Shown here piece by piece: positions 48,727 to 59,209 of a stretch of 64,000 nt of DNA. The number at the start of each line of letters is the position of its first letter. The stretch's first letter is position 1. The notes below the pieces were generated by a model. The model searched no databases. It was not told the origin of the DNA and was given only the letters and a program-made list of their open reading frames with translations. The stretch is from Candidatus Nomurabacteria bacterium (GTDB lineage: Bacteria > Patescibacteriota > Minisyncoccia > Phycocordibacterales > UBA5272), in the NCBI GenBank assembly GCA_028286645.1, contig JAQBRF010000004.1:18830-82829 (forward strand), read 5' to 3'. The translations under genes and the position numbers were made by a program.

Positions 48727-48924
48727 CTACTGTGTTCCGCCAGCTGACCCACCTGTAGGAATGGTTGTATTTACATTAACTCCAGCGCTTCCTGCATTCT
48801 TACCGCGTAATGCTGGTAGTCCGAAGAATAGCGCCACAATTACTATGATTACTAATATAGCGATGATCCAACCAGTGCTACCGCTGTTATCTCCGTTCCC
48901 AGGGTTATTTATTACAGTTGTCAT
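48727..48924 (-). CDS. Small single-pass membrane protein
   Basis: 65 aa with one strong TM helix. Confidence 0.7.
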   Translation of the reverse strand: MTTVINNPGNGDNSGSTGWIIAILVIIVIVALFFGLPALRGKNAGSAGVNVNTTIPTGGSAGGTQ

Positions 48925-49006
48925 ATTTTTTATTATTTAATGCTAACAACTGAACTTTACAATATTTAAGAAGAAATGCAAATGTATAACTACACAGATA
49001 AATTTA

Positions 49007-49603
49007 TTAGAATCTAACAGGTATTCTTAAAGAATCATCTCTGCTTGGGTCTCCGCTTGGGTTATCTTTATGAAGTATAAGAGTGCCGGTGGCAGTTGTA
49101 GGTTTAGAAAAGGTTAAAGTCACCGTAAATGGCACAAAGTCCGTAGTCATCCATTCACCCTGCGCTTGTGCTGGCTTCATGGTTATTTGCTTTCCATTTC
49201 CATCCATAAGTTCTACAGGAAATGATGCTTCAAAATACCAGGTTCCACGAGCCTGACCTTTTATCGTTAGGGGACTAGTTACTATTTGACTAACAGTAAT
49301 ATTATCAACTTTTATTAAATTACTTTTATCGGTTGAAGTACTAGTTGTGGGAGTACTACTCGTAGCGGTGGTTATAGCAGTTTCTATTGGAGTGCTAACT
49401 TGCTGATTTGGATTAGTGAAAATTCTGTTATCTGGAGTCTTACATGTTTGCGGGTAAGAATCTAAAATAGGATATCCGGCAGATATGCATTGCTCGTAGT
49501 TATTTACTGTTAAATACTTGTCCTGGTTATGTTTAAAATAAAAATAAACCCCAATAAGAATAATGATAATAGCTATGGCAGATAATATATTTTTTGAGTT
49601 CAT
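49007..49603 (-). CDS. Membrane-anchored protein with Gmad2-like Ig domain
   Basis: N-terminal TM, CISAGYPILDSYPQTC, GQARGTWYFEASFP, KDNPSG. Confidence 0.8.
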   Translation of the reverse strand: MNSKNILSAIAIIIILIGVYFYFKHNQDKYLTVNNYEQCISAGYPILDSYPQTCKTPDNRIFTNPNQQVSTPIETAITTATSSTPTTSTSTDKSNLIKVDNITVSQIVTSPLTIKGQARGTWYFEASFPVELMDGNGKQITMKPAQAQGEWMTTDFVPFTVTLTFSKPTTATGTLILHKDNPSGDPSRDDSLRIPVRF

Positions 49604-49769
49604 AAGTTTAAGTATACCAAATCAAGATGTATGGAACCTTCATGCTATTACACTAGTCTAAGCAAATTAAGGATGTTTGACCTTTATGTGCTTAGATGGT
49701 TAAATAAAAAAGGGGGGAATTACTGGCTCTGTTTATTAAAGTAAACAGAAATCCTAATTGAAATTAAAT

Positions 49770-50219
49770 ATGAATCCAATTGAAATAATTAAAGCTGATC
49801 ACAAAAAAGTTGAAAGTTTATTTAAGAAGTATGAAGAGCTGGGCGATAAGGCATTTAAGACAAAGAAAGACCTCGCTATGGAAATAATGAACGAACTTAG
49901 TCTGCATGCTGAAATGGAAGAAACAATTCTTTACCCAGTTCTTAAGGATAGATTTAATAAAGAGGGGGATAAGATGGTAGAAGAAGCATATGCTGAACAT
50001 GGGGTAGCAAAAGACTTAATTGCAGAACTTGAGTCACTTGATCCAGGAGATCCTCAATTTGATGCTAAGATTAAAGTTTTAAATGAAAATATAGATCATC
50101 ATGTTAAAGAAGAGGAGGAAGAGTTGCTTCCTAGAGCAGAGAAAGAATTGGCAAGAGAAGAGCTCGAAGATATAGGAAGAAAAATGAAGGAGTTTAAGGA
50201 TGAAGAAGCGAAAGAATAA
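49770..50219 (+). CDS. Hemerythrin/HHE domain protein
   Basis: DHKKV, LHAEMEE..LYP, EH, HHVKEEE. Confidence 0.88.
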   Translation: MNPIEIIKADHKKVESLFKKYEELGDKAFKTKKDLAMEIMNELSLHAEMEETILYPVLKDRFNKEGDKMVEEAYAEHGVAKDLIAELESLDPGDPQFDAKIKVLNENIDHHVKEEEEELLPRAEKELAREELEDIGRKMKEFKDEEAKE

Positions 50220-50501
50220 TATGTATAAAATACTAAAACAGGCATAAATATTATGCCTGTTTTAGTATTGAGAAATTAAGACATGAACCTTTTTAATAGG
50301 TTTGTAATATATCTTATTTTGGTCCGTCTGGAAGAGTGTAAGGGGGAAATCTCCCAAACAAAACTGGACTTATAGGGAGATACTACAGGATCGATAAATG
50401 AAAGAATTAAGTCCAGCCTATGTGAAGAAACCATATCAGTCATATAGAATAAAAATTAGAAATAACTATTGAAAAATATTAAAAACTAATAATAAAAATA
50501 T

Positions 50502-51143
50502 ATGAAAACAACACTATTCAAAAAAACACTTATCGGTACAGGCTCAGTGGCTCTTGCGCTGGCTCTTGCGGGTAATGCAAGCGCTTTAAGTTTGGGAAGC
50601 CTAAATATCCTAGGCGAAGGTAACGGCACATATTCAGGCGCCTACTCACAAAGCGGTTCAGTAGACGCTAACTCATCTCTAAATGCCAATTCCAACACTT
50701 CCAACACTAATGCATCTGGAAATGCGAGTGCCCAGAGTTCTTCAAATGGAAATATTTCAAACGGCGAAACGTCTTCGTCCAATAGTAATCAAAGCGCTAA
50801 CGGATCTACAAGCGCAACGGCAAATTCTAATGCCAACACAAATGATAATACATCATTACGCGGATCACTAAACGCAATGCTGCATGGAAGGAGCAATGTT
50901 CAAACAAATTCACAGACAAATAGAAATGTTCAAAGTGGAATGAACTCAAGTTCCAATGGAAGTATTTCTGGAAGCGTAAATACTAACGCAAATGTGGACG
51001 GGTCTCTAAATTCATCTACAGATGCAAATTCAAATGGGGGTAATAGCGGATTCTTCGCTCATCTAAGCGCATGGTTTAACGCAATGCTACATGTATTTGC
51101 TTCTACAGATTCCAATATACAAGTTTCCGCTAATTCAAGATAA
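50502..51143 (+). CDS. Secreted Asn/Ser-rich low-complexity protein
   Basis: Signal peptide ending ASA, N/S-rich body, NAMLH twice. Confidence 0.75.
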   Translation: MKTTLFKKTLIGTGSVALALALAGNASALSLGSLNILGEGNGTYSGAYSQSGSVDANSSLNANSNTSNTNASGNASAQSSSNGNISNGETSSSNSNQSANGSTSATANSNANTNDNTSLRGSLNAMLHGRSNVQTNSQTNRNVQSGMNSSSNGSISGSVNTNANVDGSLNSSTDANSNGGNSGFFAHLSAWFNAMLHVFASTDSNIQVSANSR

Positions 51144-51191
51144 AATCTAAATTAGTCGGAAATACAAAAAAGCCCGCGATGGGCTTTTTTG

Positions 51192-52226
51192 TTATGTGAA
51201 TAGCAAATCACTCTCTTTAAAAACAGCGATGCCATACTCCCAATTGTTTTCTGTGGCACTTTCTCTTTCTTTTGATCGGGCTTGGTAAAATAAATAAATT
51301 TTATCTTGCTCTATAATGAGCGCCGCGTGACCATTCTCGCCGGACTCCCAGCTTTCTAAATTTTCATTTAAGATTGGACCTAATGTTTGATATGGGCCTG
51401 TACACTTTTCTGAAATAGCAAAGAAGACTCTTTGCCTTGTTCCAAAGGATCCATACGGCAAAAAACATGTTGCATTAAGCAGGAATTTGCCATTATTAAG
51501 CTTGGCTATTTGAGGCCCTTCGATTCCCCATTCGTACATCGGATCGTCTTTACGGTTATGGTGAGAAGCAATTTCTTCATGATCTAAAATCTTCCCCAGG
51601 CTTTTCCATGGACCACTCCACCGATCGGATTCGCTTACTGCGAGATGTACATCTGGTTGTGGGCGGACTATTTCCCTTCCGGAAATAGTTGTAGATTTTA
51701 CAAGGTTACCACTATTATCTGTCGCAGAATAAACGATGTACTTTTTTTCATCTAAACAAAAGGGGTGGGGATCATATATCCCAAGAGCGTGTTCTGCCGA
51801 CGAAAGGACGCGATTTATTTTAGTAAAGATGCTTCCGTCTGGAGAGGTTAGATACTCTATGCCGCTATTAAGAACCGTAAAATCTGTTTGCAAAAACATA
51901 TGAAACAGTTTTGCTTCAGAATCATAAATTACTCCCGGCGCGCACACTCTCTTTCCTAATATGCTATTTTCATCCATTCCTATTAAAACTACGCTATCTT
52001 CTTCTGACCACGGACCTTCCAAATTTGGCGAAGTGGCGTGAAGGACTTCCCATTCTTCTGGGCGCACATCGCCTCCTGAGCCAAATATATGATATAACTT
52101 TCCGTCAAAAACTGGGCAGGGATCCTTCACATCTTTGTACTTTGAAGATTTAAACAAGGGGCCAAATTTATTAGTTGGATTTATTTTCTTATGCCGATGT
52201 TCCGTAAAAATTAAAGCCTCGTTCAT
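51192..52226 (-). CDS. Glycoside hydrolase, five-bladed beta-propeller (GH43/GH32-like)
   Basis: KDP, CAPGV, YDP, IEGP, GENGH repeats. Confidence 0.75.
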   Translation of the reverse strand: MNEALIFTEHRHKKINPTNKFGPLFKSSKYKDVKDPCPVFDGKLYHIFGSGGDVRPEEWEVLHATSPNLEGPWSEEDSVVLIGMDENSILGKRVCAPGVIYDSEAKLFHMFLQTDFTVLNSGIEYLTSPDGSIFTKINRVLSSAEHALGIYDPHPFCLDEKKYIVYSATDNSGNLVKSTTISGREIVRPQPDVHLAVSESDRWSGPWKSLGKILDHEEIASHHNRKDDPMYEWGIEGPQIAKLNNGKFLLNATCFLPYGSFGTRQRVFFAISEKCTGPYQTLGPILNENLESWESGENGHAALIIEQDKIYLFYQARSKERESATENNWEYGIAVFKESDLLFT

Positions 52227-52269
52227 ATTGTTATATTAACATTTTAATATTTCTAGTATAATAGGCACC

Positions 52270-52506
52270 ATGAACCCCCAAGAAGAAATTGGTGAATTAA
52301 CTGATCAGATTGAGGAACTTAAGGAAGAAATAAAAGAATCAAATTCAGCCAAGAGGGTATTCTTAAGAGGTATTGTAATGGGGATTGGAACTTTTATCGG
52401 AGCCACCATTCTTGCTGCTATAATTATAGGAATTATATTAAAAGTTCTCGGCTGGGTTGGGATTCGAGAGGTGGTGTTAAATTTTATAAATTCTCTTAGT
52501 CAATAA
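52270..52506 (+). CDS. Small membrane protein (DUF5665-like)
   Basis: FLRGIVMGIGTFIGATI. Confidence 0.7.
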   Translation: MNPQEEIGELTDQIEELKEEIKESNSAKRVFLRGIVMGIGTFIGATILAAIIIGIILKVLGWVGIREVVLNFINSLSQ

Positions 52507-52535
52507 TTTACCATTTTTAATGGGTGTAAATGAAG

Positions 52536-52898
52536 TTATGGGAGGGCTCTTATAGTGAATGAATTTATAGAAATTTTTCCATTGGTGCCTGTCTTATAAG
52601 TAAAATCAGCCATATAGTTATTGTGTCCATCTTCATAATATACGTTACCATACCCATCTTTGCTTGAAATATTAGTTACGTAATATCTGCCGCCTAATTG
52701 TTCCTTAACGGGAGATAGAGAAGAAATATTCGCTGTAACATACTCATTAATAGTTTGTTTCGAGGTTGTATCGCCAGAAGATGAGAGATACGTAGCATCT
52801 TCGTAACGGGCTACTGTTTTATTTACATAATAGGCACCTGCAATTAGGATTAATATTAACGCTAAAACAAGGCTTAGGATGGTTTTATTCGTTTTCAT
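52536..52898 (-). CDS. Membrane-anchored hypothetical protein
   Basis: N-terminal TM, LGGRYYVT, YEDGH. Confidence 0.72.
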   Translation of the reverse strand: MKTNKTILSLVLALILILIAGAYYVNKTVARYEDATYLSSSGDTTSKQTINEYVTANISSLSPVKEQLGGRYYVTNISSKDGYGNVYYEDGHNNYMADFTYKTGTNGKISINSFTIRALP

Positions 52899-52985
52899 AA
52901 ATATTATGGTATCACATGAGCCACGCTGATAATTAGGCTGAGGATTATTATTTGTAATTTATTGGGTTACGTGTAAACTTTATAT

Positions 52986-54146
52986 ATGAAAAAAGATTAC
53001 TCTAAAAGTGCTATTGAATTACATAAGAAATACAAAGGAAAGCTAAGCACCGTCTCTCTTGCCAAGTTACAGAATAAAGACGATTTATCGGTTCTTTATA
53101 CTCCCGGAGTGGCAGCTGTATCGCTTGCTATCGCTAAAGATAAAAAGCTTGCTAGAGTTTTGACCATGAAAGGTAGAACAATTGCAGTGGTTACTGATGG
53201 GTCCGCAGTGCTCGGGCTTGGGAATATTGGACCGGAAGCGGCGCTTCCTGTAATGGAAGGGAAGTCAGTGCTGTTTAAGGAATTTGGAGGATTAGATTCT
53301 GTTCCTATAGTGCTAGGGACTCAAAATGTAGAAGAAATAATATCCATAGTAAAGGCGATCTCGCCAGGGTTCGCTGGTATAAACTTAGAAGACATATCGG
53401 CTCCGAGATGCTTTGAAATTGAAAGCCGATTAATAGAAGAGTTAGATATCCCGGTGATGCATGACGACCAGCATGGTACGGCAATTGTAGTATTGGCAGC
53501 ACTTATTAATTCTTTAAAGATTACAAAGAAAAAAGCAGAAGATGTAAAAGTTGTAATTTCAGGGGCCGGCGCTGCTTCTACAGCGACGCTTAAGCTTTTA
53601 CTAAAAGCAGGAGTTAAGCCAAAAAATGTTTTAATTCTTGATTCAAAAGGAATTATTCATATAAAAAGAGAGGATTTAAATAATGAAAAAATAAATTTGT
53701 GTAAACTTTCAAATGGAAAGCATGAAGGAGGGGACTTGGAAAAAGCCTTGATAGGAGCGGATGTATTTATCGGCATGTCTATGGGGAATATTTTAAAAAA
53801 AGAATGGGTAGAAACCATGAATGATAATCCGATAATTTTCGCTCTCGCTAACCCGGTTTCGGAAATATCATATGAAGATGCTTTAAAAACAAAAGCAAAA
53901 GTTATAGGAACTGGACGATCTGATCACCCTAATCAAATTAACAATGTCCTTGCTTTCCCCGGAGTATTCCGCGGAGCAATAGATAGCGGTGCGAAAAGAA
54001 TTACAGATAAAATGAAAATCGCGGCTGCGCACGCAATCGCCAGTTTAGTTTCTAAAGTAGAGCTTAGCAAAGGAATAATTATTCCTGATCCATTTAATAA
54101 AAAAGTGGCAAAATCAGTAGCGGCAGCTGTAGCTAAGGCGAAGTAA
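52986..54146 (+). CDS. NAD(P)-dependent malic enzyme
   Basis: YTPGVA, VTDGSAVLGLG, MEGK, NLEDI, HDDQHGTA, NQINNVLAFPG. Confidence 0.95.
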   Translation: MKKDYSKSAIELHKKYKGKLSTVSLAKLQNKDDLSVLYTPGVAAVSLAIAKDKKLARVLTMKGRTIAVVTDGSAVLGLGNIGPEAALPVMEGKSVLFKEFGGLDSVPIVLGTQNVEEIISIVKAISPGFAGINLEDISAPRCFEIESRLIEELDIPVMHDDQHGTAIVVLAALINSLKITKKKAEDVKVVISGAGAASTATLKLLLKAGVKPKNVLILDSKGIIHIKREDLNNEKINLCKLSNGKHEGGDLEKALIGADVFIGMSMGNILKKEWVETMNDNPIIFALANPVSEISYEDALKTKAKVIGTGRSDHPNQINNVLAFPGVFRGAIDSGAKRITDKMKIAAAHAIASLVSKVELSKGIIIPDPFNKKVAKSVAAAVAKAK

Positions 54147-54224
54147 TAAATATTCTTGAAATATTATGTGTATGTAGTTCGTCTCCTTATATATCGGGAC
54201 TTATAAGCTTATTGATGCATAATT

Positions 54225-55484
54225 ATGAAAACAACATGGGAAGAATACAGAAACATTGAAGAATTTCCATCTTTAACTAAATCTGCAAGTCCAGACGTAG
54301 TAATAGTGGGAGGCGGAATGGCAGGGCTTTTATCTGCATACTTAATATCAAAAGAAGGGAAAAAAGTAATTATTTTAGAAAAGGGGAGGATTGCTGCTGG
54401 AGTAACCATGTATACCACGGCATTTTTAACCCACTCTCTTGATACGGATTATACAGACTTAATAAAGATATATGGTAATAAGAATGCGAAAACTATTATA
54501 GATTCTCATAGAAAGGCGATTGATCTTATAGAGCAGATAGTGAGGGACGAAAGAATAGATTGCGACTTTACGAGATGTTCGAATTATATTTATGCAAATT
54601 CTAAAAAAGATACCAAAGGATTTGAAGATGAATTAAATGCTATAAAAGAGTTAGGAGGAAAGGGGAAGATTATTCAACAGGTAAACGACTTAGGATTTAA
54701 AAATGCAGGATATCTTGAAATACAAAATCAAGCGAAATTTAATCCTCTTAAATTCGTATCAGCCCTTTTAAAGACACTTAAGAAAATGGGGGTAAAGATC
54801 TATGAAAATACTGAGGTTGTAAAAGTTGGAAGTGATGGAGATACTGGGGAAGTAGAAACAAAAAGTAAAATCATACTTCTTCCTAAATGGGTAATAGTTG
54901 CAACTTATGAGCCCCTTGATCAGCCTTTAAGATTATTCTTTAAAAAGGGTCTTTATGTTTCCTATGTGCTTGAAGCAGAGCTTAAAAATATAAAGATTAA
55001 AGAAGGGACATATGAAGATACATATAATCCATATCACTATTTTAGGATTGACGAAGTTAATGGCACACAAAGGTTAATAGCAGGAGGAGAGGATCATCGC
55101 CAAGAAATAAAAATGGCAGAAAGCAAAAACTTTAATTCTCTTAAAGAATATTTAGATAAAACAATCGGGAAGGAAAACTATAAAGTTACAAAGAAATGGC
55201 GGGGGCCTATATTAGAGCCCGTAGACGGAATAGCACATATTGGCAGGCTTGATCCTGAGAATGTTCTGTATGCGATGTCTTTCTCGGGAAATGGTATGAC
55301 CTACTCCGGAATATCCGCTATTATTTTTTCAGATATTATTTCTGGAAGAAAGAGTAAATATGAGAGAATTTACTCCCCAAAAAGAATTCCAAACTTTCAG
55401 TCTTTGCTTACTAAAGGTAAGGACTATGGGGAGGAATTTGTTAAAGGTGCGCTTAAGAATATTGTTATACAAAGAAAGAGGTAG
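54225..55484 (+). CDS. FAD-dependent oxidoreductase (DAO family)
   Basis: VVIVGGGMAG, FNPLKF, GGEDH, FSGNGMT. Confidence 0.9.
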   Translation: MKTTWEEYRNIEEFPSLTKSASPDVVIVGGGMAGLLSAYLISKEGKKVIILEKGRIAAGVTMYTTAFLTHSLDTDYTDLIKIYGNKNAKTIIDSHRKAIDLIEQIVRDERIDCDFTRCSNYIYANSKKDTKGFEDELNAIKELGGKGKIIQQVNDLGFKNAGYLEIQNQAKFNPLKFVSALLKTLKKMGVKIYENTEVVKVGSDGDTGEVETKSKIILLPKWVIVATYEPLDQPLRLFFKKGLYVSYVLEAELKNIKIKEGTYEDTYNPYHYFRIDEVNGTQRLIAGGEDHRQEIKMAESKNFNSLKEYLDKTIGKENYKVTKKWRGPILEPVDGIAHIGRLDPENVLYAMSFSGNGMTYSGISAIIFSDIISGRKSKYERIYSPKRIPNFQSLLTKGKDYGEEFVKGALKNIVIQRKR

Positions 55485-55562
55485 AACTTCAGTCGAAAGT
55501 CTCCGAATAATCTTTAATGGAGTTATATGTAATTAAATAAGTAAATCCAGAACTCTTGGATT

Positions 55563-55904
55563 TTAGTGTATTGCTTTGTTTTTTACTTCAATAGTTTTCA
55601 TTTCTAGCTCCTTTAGAAATTGATATTTGTCCCATAGCGGGGTGTTTGGTATAAGCTTTTTTTCTGATTTTCTGAATTTTGGGTCATTCTCTTCCATAAC
55701 CCCAGCCTGCATGAGTATTACTTGTTTTTCATATTTGATCATCTCTAAGGCACGGTTCACCATTCCAGCATTTACAAACCTTAAGTTTTGATTAGAAAAT
55801 TCATTCTTGTATGCTTTTTCTTTTTCTGCTTCACTGGTTACGGGTTCTTGCGGTGATAATTCGGGGGATGCATTAAATGGATTAAACATATTTTGATTAA
55901 ACAT
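55563..55904 (-). CDS. Hypothetical protein
   Basis: 113-aa ORF with a nearby -10-like element. Confidence 0.65.
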   Translation of the reverse strand: MFNQNMFNPFNASPELSPQEPVTSEAEKEKAYKNEFSNQNLRFVNAGMVNRALEMIKYEKQVILMQAGVMEENDPKFRKSEKKLIPNTPLWDKYQFLKELEMKTIEVKNKAIH

Positions 55905-56058
55905 ATTAATAGTGTATCATTTTCAAATTAGAAGCAAAACAGTTGTTCACATATGGGAGTACTATGAAATAACCCCGTATTTCCTTGCTTTTTGTGTATA
56001 CGGTCCCATTTTAACCTCGCTGCAATGCTAAGGAAGTCAAGAAAAAGAAACCTTTGTT

Positions 56059-56541
56059 TTAGTTAGCGGCAGTGAGGAAGGAGTTTAGTTTGCCTAGTTG
56101 CTGTGTGAAACCAGCCTCCATTCCTTGCACCGCCATCTGAGCCTCTGGACCAGTTTTGTAAATAACGGCTTTAATGCTGACTTTAGTTTTGCCATCCTCT
56201 TCAGAAAAGGTGATTTCTGTCATTTGGTCAATCATAGTTTCTTCCTTTTTCCCCTCAGTCCAAGCGTTAGCGTTATAAGAAAGCCTAGAGTTTGGAACTA
56301 CCTCTGTAAATTCTGCAAGCATCGGCCACTTTAAGCCCTTATAAGGCCCCATGCCAACTCCTGCTTCCATAACTATATAAAATTTACCTCCCCTTCGTAG
56401 ATCGACTTCGCATAGAGGTATCGTTACATTATTCGGACCCCACCACTTTTTTAGCATTTCTGGATCAGTCCAAGCTTTCCATACTGATTCTAAGGAAGCG
56501 TCGTAAATTCTTTCTATTGATAATTCTTTTATATTTTCCAT
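56059..56541 (-). CDS. SRPBCC/AHSA1 domain protein
   Basis: VWKAWTDPEMLKKWWGP, VDLRRGG. Confidence 0.9.
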   Translation of the reverse strand: MENIKELSIERIYDASLESVWKAWTDPEMLKKWWGPNNVTIPLCEVDLRRGGKFYIVMEAGVGMGPYKGLKWPMLAEFTEVVPNSRLSYNANAWTEGKKEETMIDQMTEITFSEEDGKTKVSIKAVIYKTGPEAQMAVQGMEAGFTQQLGKLNSFLTAAN

Positions 56542-56602
56542 ATATTTATTTATTATTTTTGTTTATCTTTCAAACTTAGTAATCATTAAACTTGTTTAAA
56601 GT

Positions 56603-57313
56603 TTAATGTGCAACCGTTTCGGCATCGCCGGATTCTATCGCATCTTTGATCCGTTCTGCTATATATTCAGGAGAGTCTGCCTGAGGCAAGTTTCCGCGAT
56701 TCCTTGATGCCATGCCGACGGCCACCTCATCGCTTTTGATAGCATTTTTCCCAAAGTCCGTATCAGTTAATCCTGGAAGCATAATCCCTACGATAATATT
56801 ATCTTTTGCAAGTTCTGCTCGTGCGGTAAGCGATATAGCATTTAATGCATACTTGGTAGATGCATATGCTCCAAGATAGGGGATATAAGCGCGCGTTACG
56901 AGTGAGCTTATGTTTAAAATCATACCGCCACCTTGTTCCCGCATATGAGGAATTACCTTTTGCATGGCGATGAGAACACCGACTACATTTAATTCAATTA
57001 CTTTTTTGTATTCGAGAGCGTTAACTTTTTCTATAGCTCCATATATTCCTTGTCCGGCATTATTTATAAGGATGTCGATGCGACCGAATTGTTTAATGGT
57101 TGTGTTTATTAAATTATTTATATCATCTTCGCTAGTCATGTCGGCCATTATTGGGAATGAGTTCGGGATTTCCTTAGAAATTTCTTCGAGTTTATCTTTT
57201 GACCGTGCTGATAGTACGACAGTTGCGCCTTCGCTTGCCAAGAGTCTCGCAGTTGCTAAACCAATGCCATAGGATGCTCCTGTTATAATGATGACCTTAT
57301 TTTTTATTTCCAT
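56603..57313 (-). CDS. Short-chain dehydrogenase/reductase
   Basis: TGASYGIG, NNAG, YASTK. Confidence 0.93.
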   Translation of the reverse strand: MEIKNKVIIITGASYGIGLATARLLASEGATVVLSARSKDKLEEISKEIPNSFPIMADMTSEDDINNLINTTIKQFGRIDILINNAGQGIYGAIEKVNALEYKKVIELNVVGVLIAMQKVIPHMREQGGGMILNISSLVTRAYIPYLGAYASTKYALNAISLTARAELAKDNIIVGIMLPGLTDTDFGKNAIKSDEVAVGMASRNRGNLPQADSPEYIAERIKDAIESGDAETVAH

Positions 57314-57467
57314 ACTTTTATCTTACAACAAATTGAATGAAAAAGAAAAATCCAATTAACCAAGTACTATAATTCCTAGCTATTTTTACTATTTTGCTTC
57401 GCATCTTAATAAATCTGTAAACTTACTTGGATTGCATATAAATAAAAACACCCTCGAAAATCGAGGG

Positions 57468-57695
57468 TCATTCTACAAGCTCTACACTGACGAATTCGTA
57501 CTTGTCCGTTGCGTTACGAGCCAGCTGTTCCACCTCAGTTGGTGTTAGCTGTTCGTCTACATCCGCCGTGCAAGTTATCACGTGCGGTCTTTCCGCGAAA
57601 GGACTTTCCTTCGGATCGTGGTAAGTCGCTATCCACCTTCTTTTCCCTTCCGGCGGATTATTCGGAAGGGATTGGTCCTGTGAAAAGGTTTTCAT
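57468..57695 (-). CDS. Small hypothetical protein (cassette gene)
   Basis: TTGACT-17-TAGTTT at ~57749-57721, GGAG SD, terminator ~57445-57467. Confidence 0.65.
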   Translation of the reverse strand: MKTFSQDQSLPNNPPEGKRRWIATYHDPKESPFAERPHVITCTADVDEQLTPTEVEQLARNATDKYEFVSVELVE

Positions 57696-57812
57696 ACTTG
57701 TCTCCGTTACTGTACTCCTTAAAACTAGCAATTGCAGAAGCGGGAGTCAAGGAAATAAAAAGCCGCCCCTCGTCCGAAGAAAAGGTTTGGCTTTTCTCAG
57801 AACGAAGAGCGG

Positions 57813-58157
57813 TTACCAACTGTAATGGGAAGGGTCGTTGCTCACCGGAATTTCGTGCGCAGGATCGAAACCCCACTTCCTTACTTCGTAATCCCGGAGG
57901 AGAACGAAGTACTTGAGTGAAGGTTTCCCGTCCGGCTCGCAGTGCGCCGGCGATGAGCAGATGATGGTCGAAGGTATAAAACCTGCTTTCCGCCAGATCG
58001 GATCGTATGCCTTCGGCATGAGGTATAGTGGTTCATTGCGATGAACCCACCATTCCACCATGTCTTTTCCGACGCTGTAAGTGCAGCCGCCGATCATGGC
58101 AAGCAGGAAAGCACCCGCTGCCCAACCTTTCAAGTTATCAATCATTTCGCGATTCAC
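57813..58157 (-). CDS. Membrane-anchored hypothetical protein (cassette gene)
   Basis: AAGGAGG SD, GTG start, one hydrophobic segment, palindromic promoter 58192..58228. Confidence 0.7.
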   Translation of the reverse strand: MNREMIDNLKGWAAGAFLLAMIGGCTYSVGKDMVEWWVHRNEPLYLMPKAYDPIWRKAGFIPSTIICSSPAHCEPDGKPSLKYFVLLRDYEVRKWGFDPAHEIPVSNDPSHYSW

Positions 58158-58191
58158 TCGGCGCCTCCTTCATTGTAAGCAGAGAAATGTT

Positions 58192-58228
58192 CAATTACTA
58201 ATATATCATATATACTGGTAATTGTCAA
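58192..58228 (-). promoter_or_regulatory. Palindromic promoter (TATATCATATATA family)
   Basis: TTGACA-17-TATATT; CAATTAC/GTAATTG arms. Confidence 0.7.
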
Positions 58229-58234
58229 TATCTT

Positions 58235-58438
58235 GCTCCGCGGTAGGGGTATCTTCCACTAGTAAATTTTTGTCGTCACAAAAAATTTCTCGCGGACCGC
58301 TCCTCGCCATTTTTACTGCTGTAAAAATACTACTGCGGACTTTCGATCCCTACACGCATGTGAAGCAGTTCACGTGCTCCACGTAGCTCAAAAAATCAAA
58401 GGCCGCCATTTCTGGCGACCTAAGATTTTACTAGCTCC
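58235..58438. repeat. tRNA-derived inverted element with hairpin and terminator
   Basis: GCTCCGCGGTAGGG...TTCGATCCCTAC followed by a GCAG-loop hairpin; parallels 62320..62475. Confidence 0.7.
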
Positions 58439-58479
58439 AAGGGTTGATCACTAGGAGAATTTTTTTTGGAAAAAGAAAA

Positions 58480-58716
58480 CTATGCTATTAACCGGGGGTT
58501 AGGGGGATTAGAATTAGCTAGTTTTTCAAAATCTTCATTACTCATTCCTACATTTTTAGCTAAAGTTTCTGCATACTCAAACCAATCTTTTTGTAAATAA
58601 TTCTTAATGCCTCTGATGGTTTCTTCTCTATAGATCTCATCTTTTAGAAATCGTTCTGGATCACCCTTTACGTCTATTGTCGGTTCCCTATTTTCTTGAT
58701 TTTGATTGAATTGCAT
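58480..58716 (-). CDS. Small hypothetical protein
   Basis: 78-aa ORF with TATACT just upstream. Confidence 0.6.
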   Translation of the reverse strand: MQFNQNQENREPTIDVKGDPERFLKDEIYREETIRGIKNYLQKDWFEYAETLAKNVGMSNEDFEKLANSNPPNPRLIA

Positions 58717-58777
58717 ATATATTGTTTAGTATATATTTAGTGTGGCAAAGTATATAAAGACTTACTACAAGCTTGTT

Positions 58778-58849
58778 TTGCTCCGCACCTGGGACGATCT
58801 TTGAACTTACTTGTGGAAAAGACAGGGAATAATCAACTTAGTTTATTAG
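58778..58849 (+). repeat. Orphan peptide tail starting at GCTCC core
   Basis: LLRTWDDL*TYLW...; TTTGCTCCGCACCTGGGACGAT is identical at ~60027. Confidence 0.65.
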
Positions 58850-58860
58850 AAAAAGCAATG

Positions 58861-59085
58861 TTAGAATATATCTAAAGGAGGGTGGCCCATGAACACCATG
58901 CGGAGTTTGCTTGGCATGATTTGTACTGAAGCATCTGAAGGGATAGGAAAAGGATCTCCGGAAGGAGTTCCTCCGGAAGTCCGGACTAAGTCCACTCTTC
59001 CCCCGATGAAATTCGATTCCGAGCTTTTCTGTAATCCCGACGGAACACCAGACTCAGAAGAGTAATCTCCTGCATCTGTTCTCAC
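58861..59085 (-). pseudogene. Probable 5'-truncated gene remnant
   Basis: Open frame lacking SD and promoter, directly behind the next cassette's terminator. Confidence 0.35.
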
Positions 59086-59209
59086 GAGAGTGACGAGCAG
59101 GTGCAGGATTTTTATTTTGTGCGGTATGGTGATCAGATGTGTATTTTGAAGATATATAAAAAGAAACCGCCCGAACAGACGCGGTGTCTTTTCGAGCGGT
59201 GGGGCACTT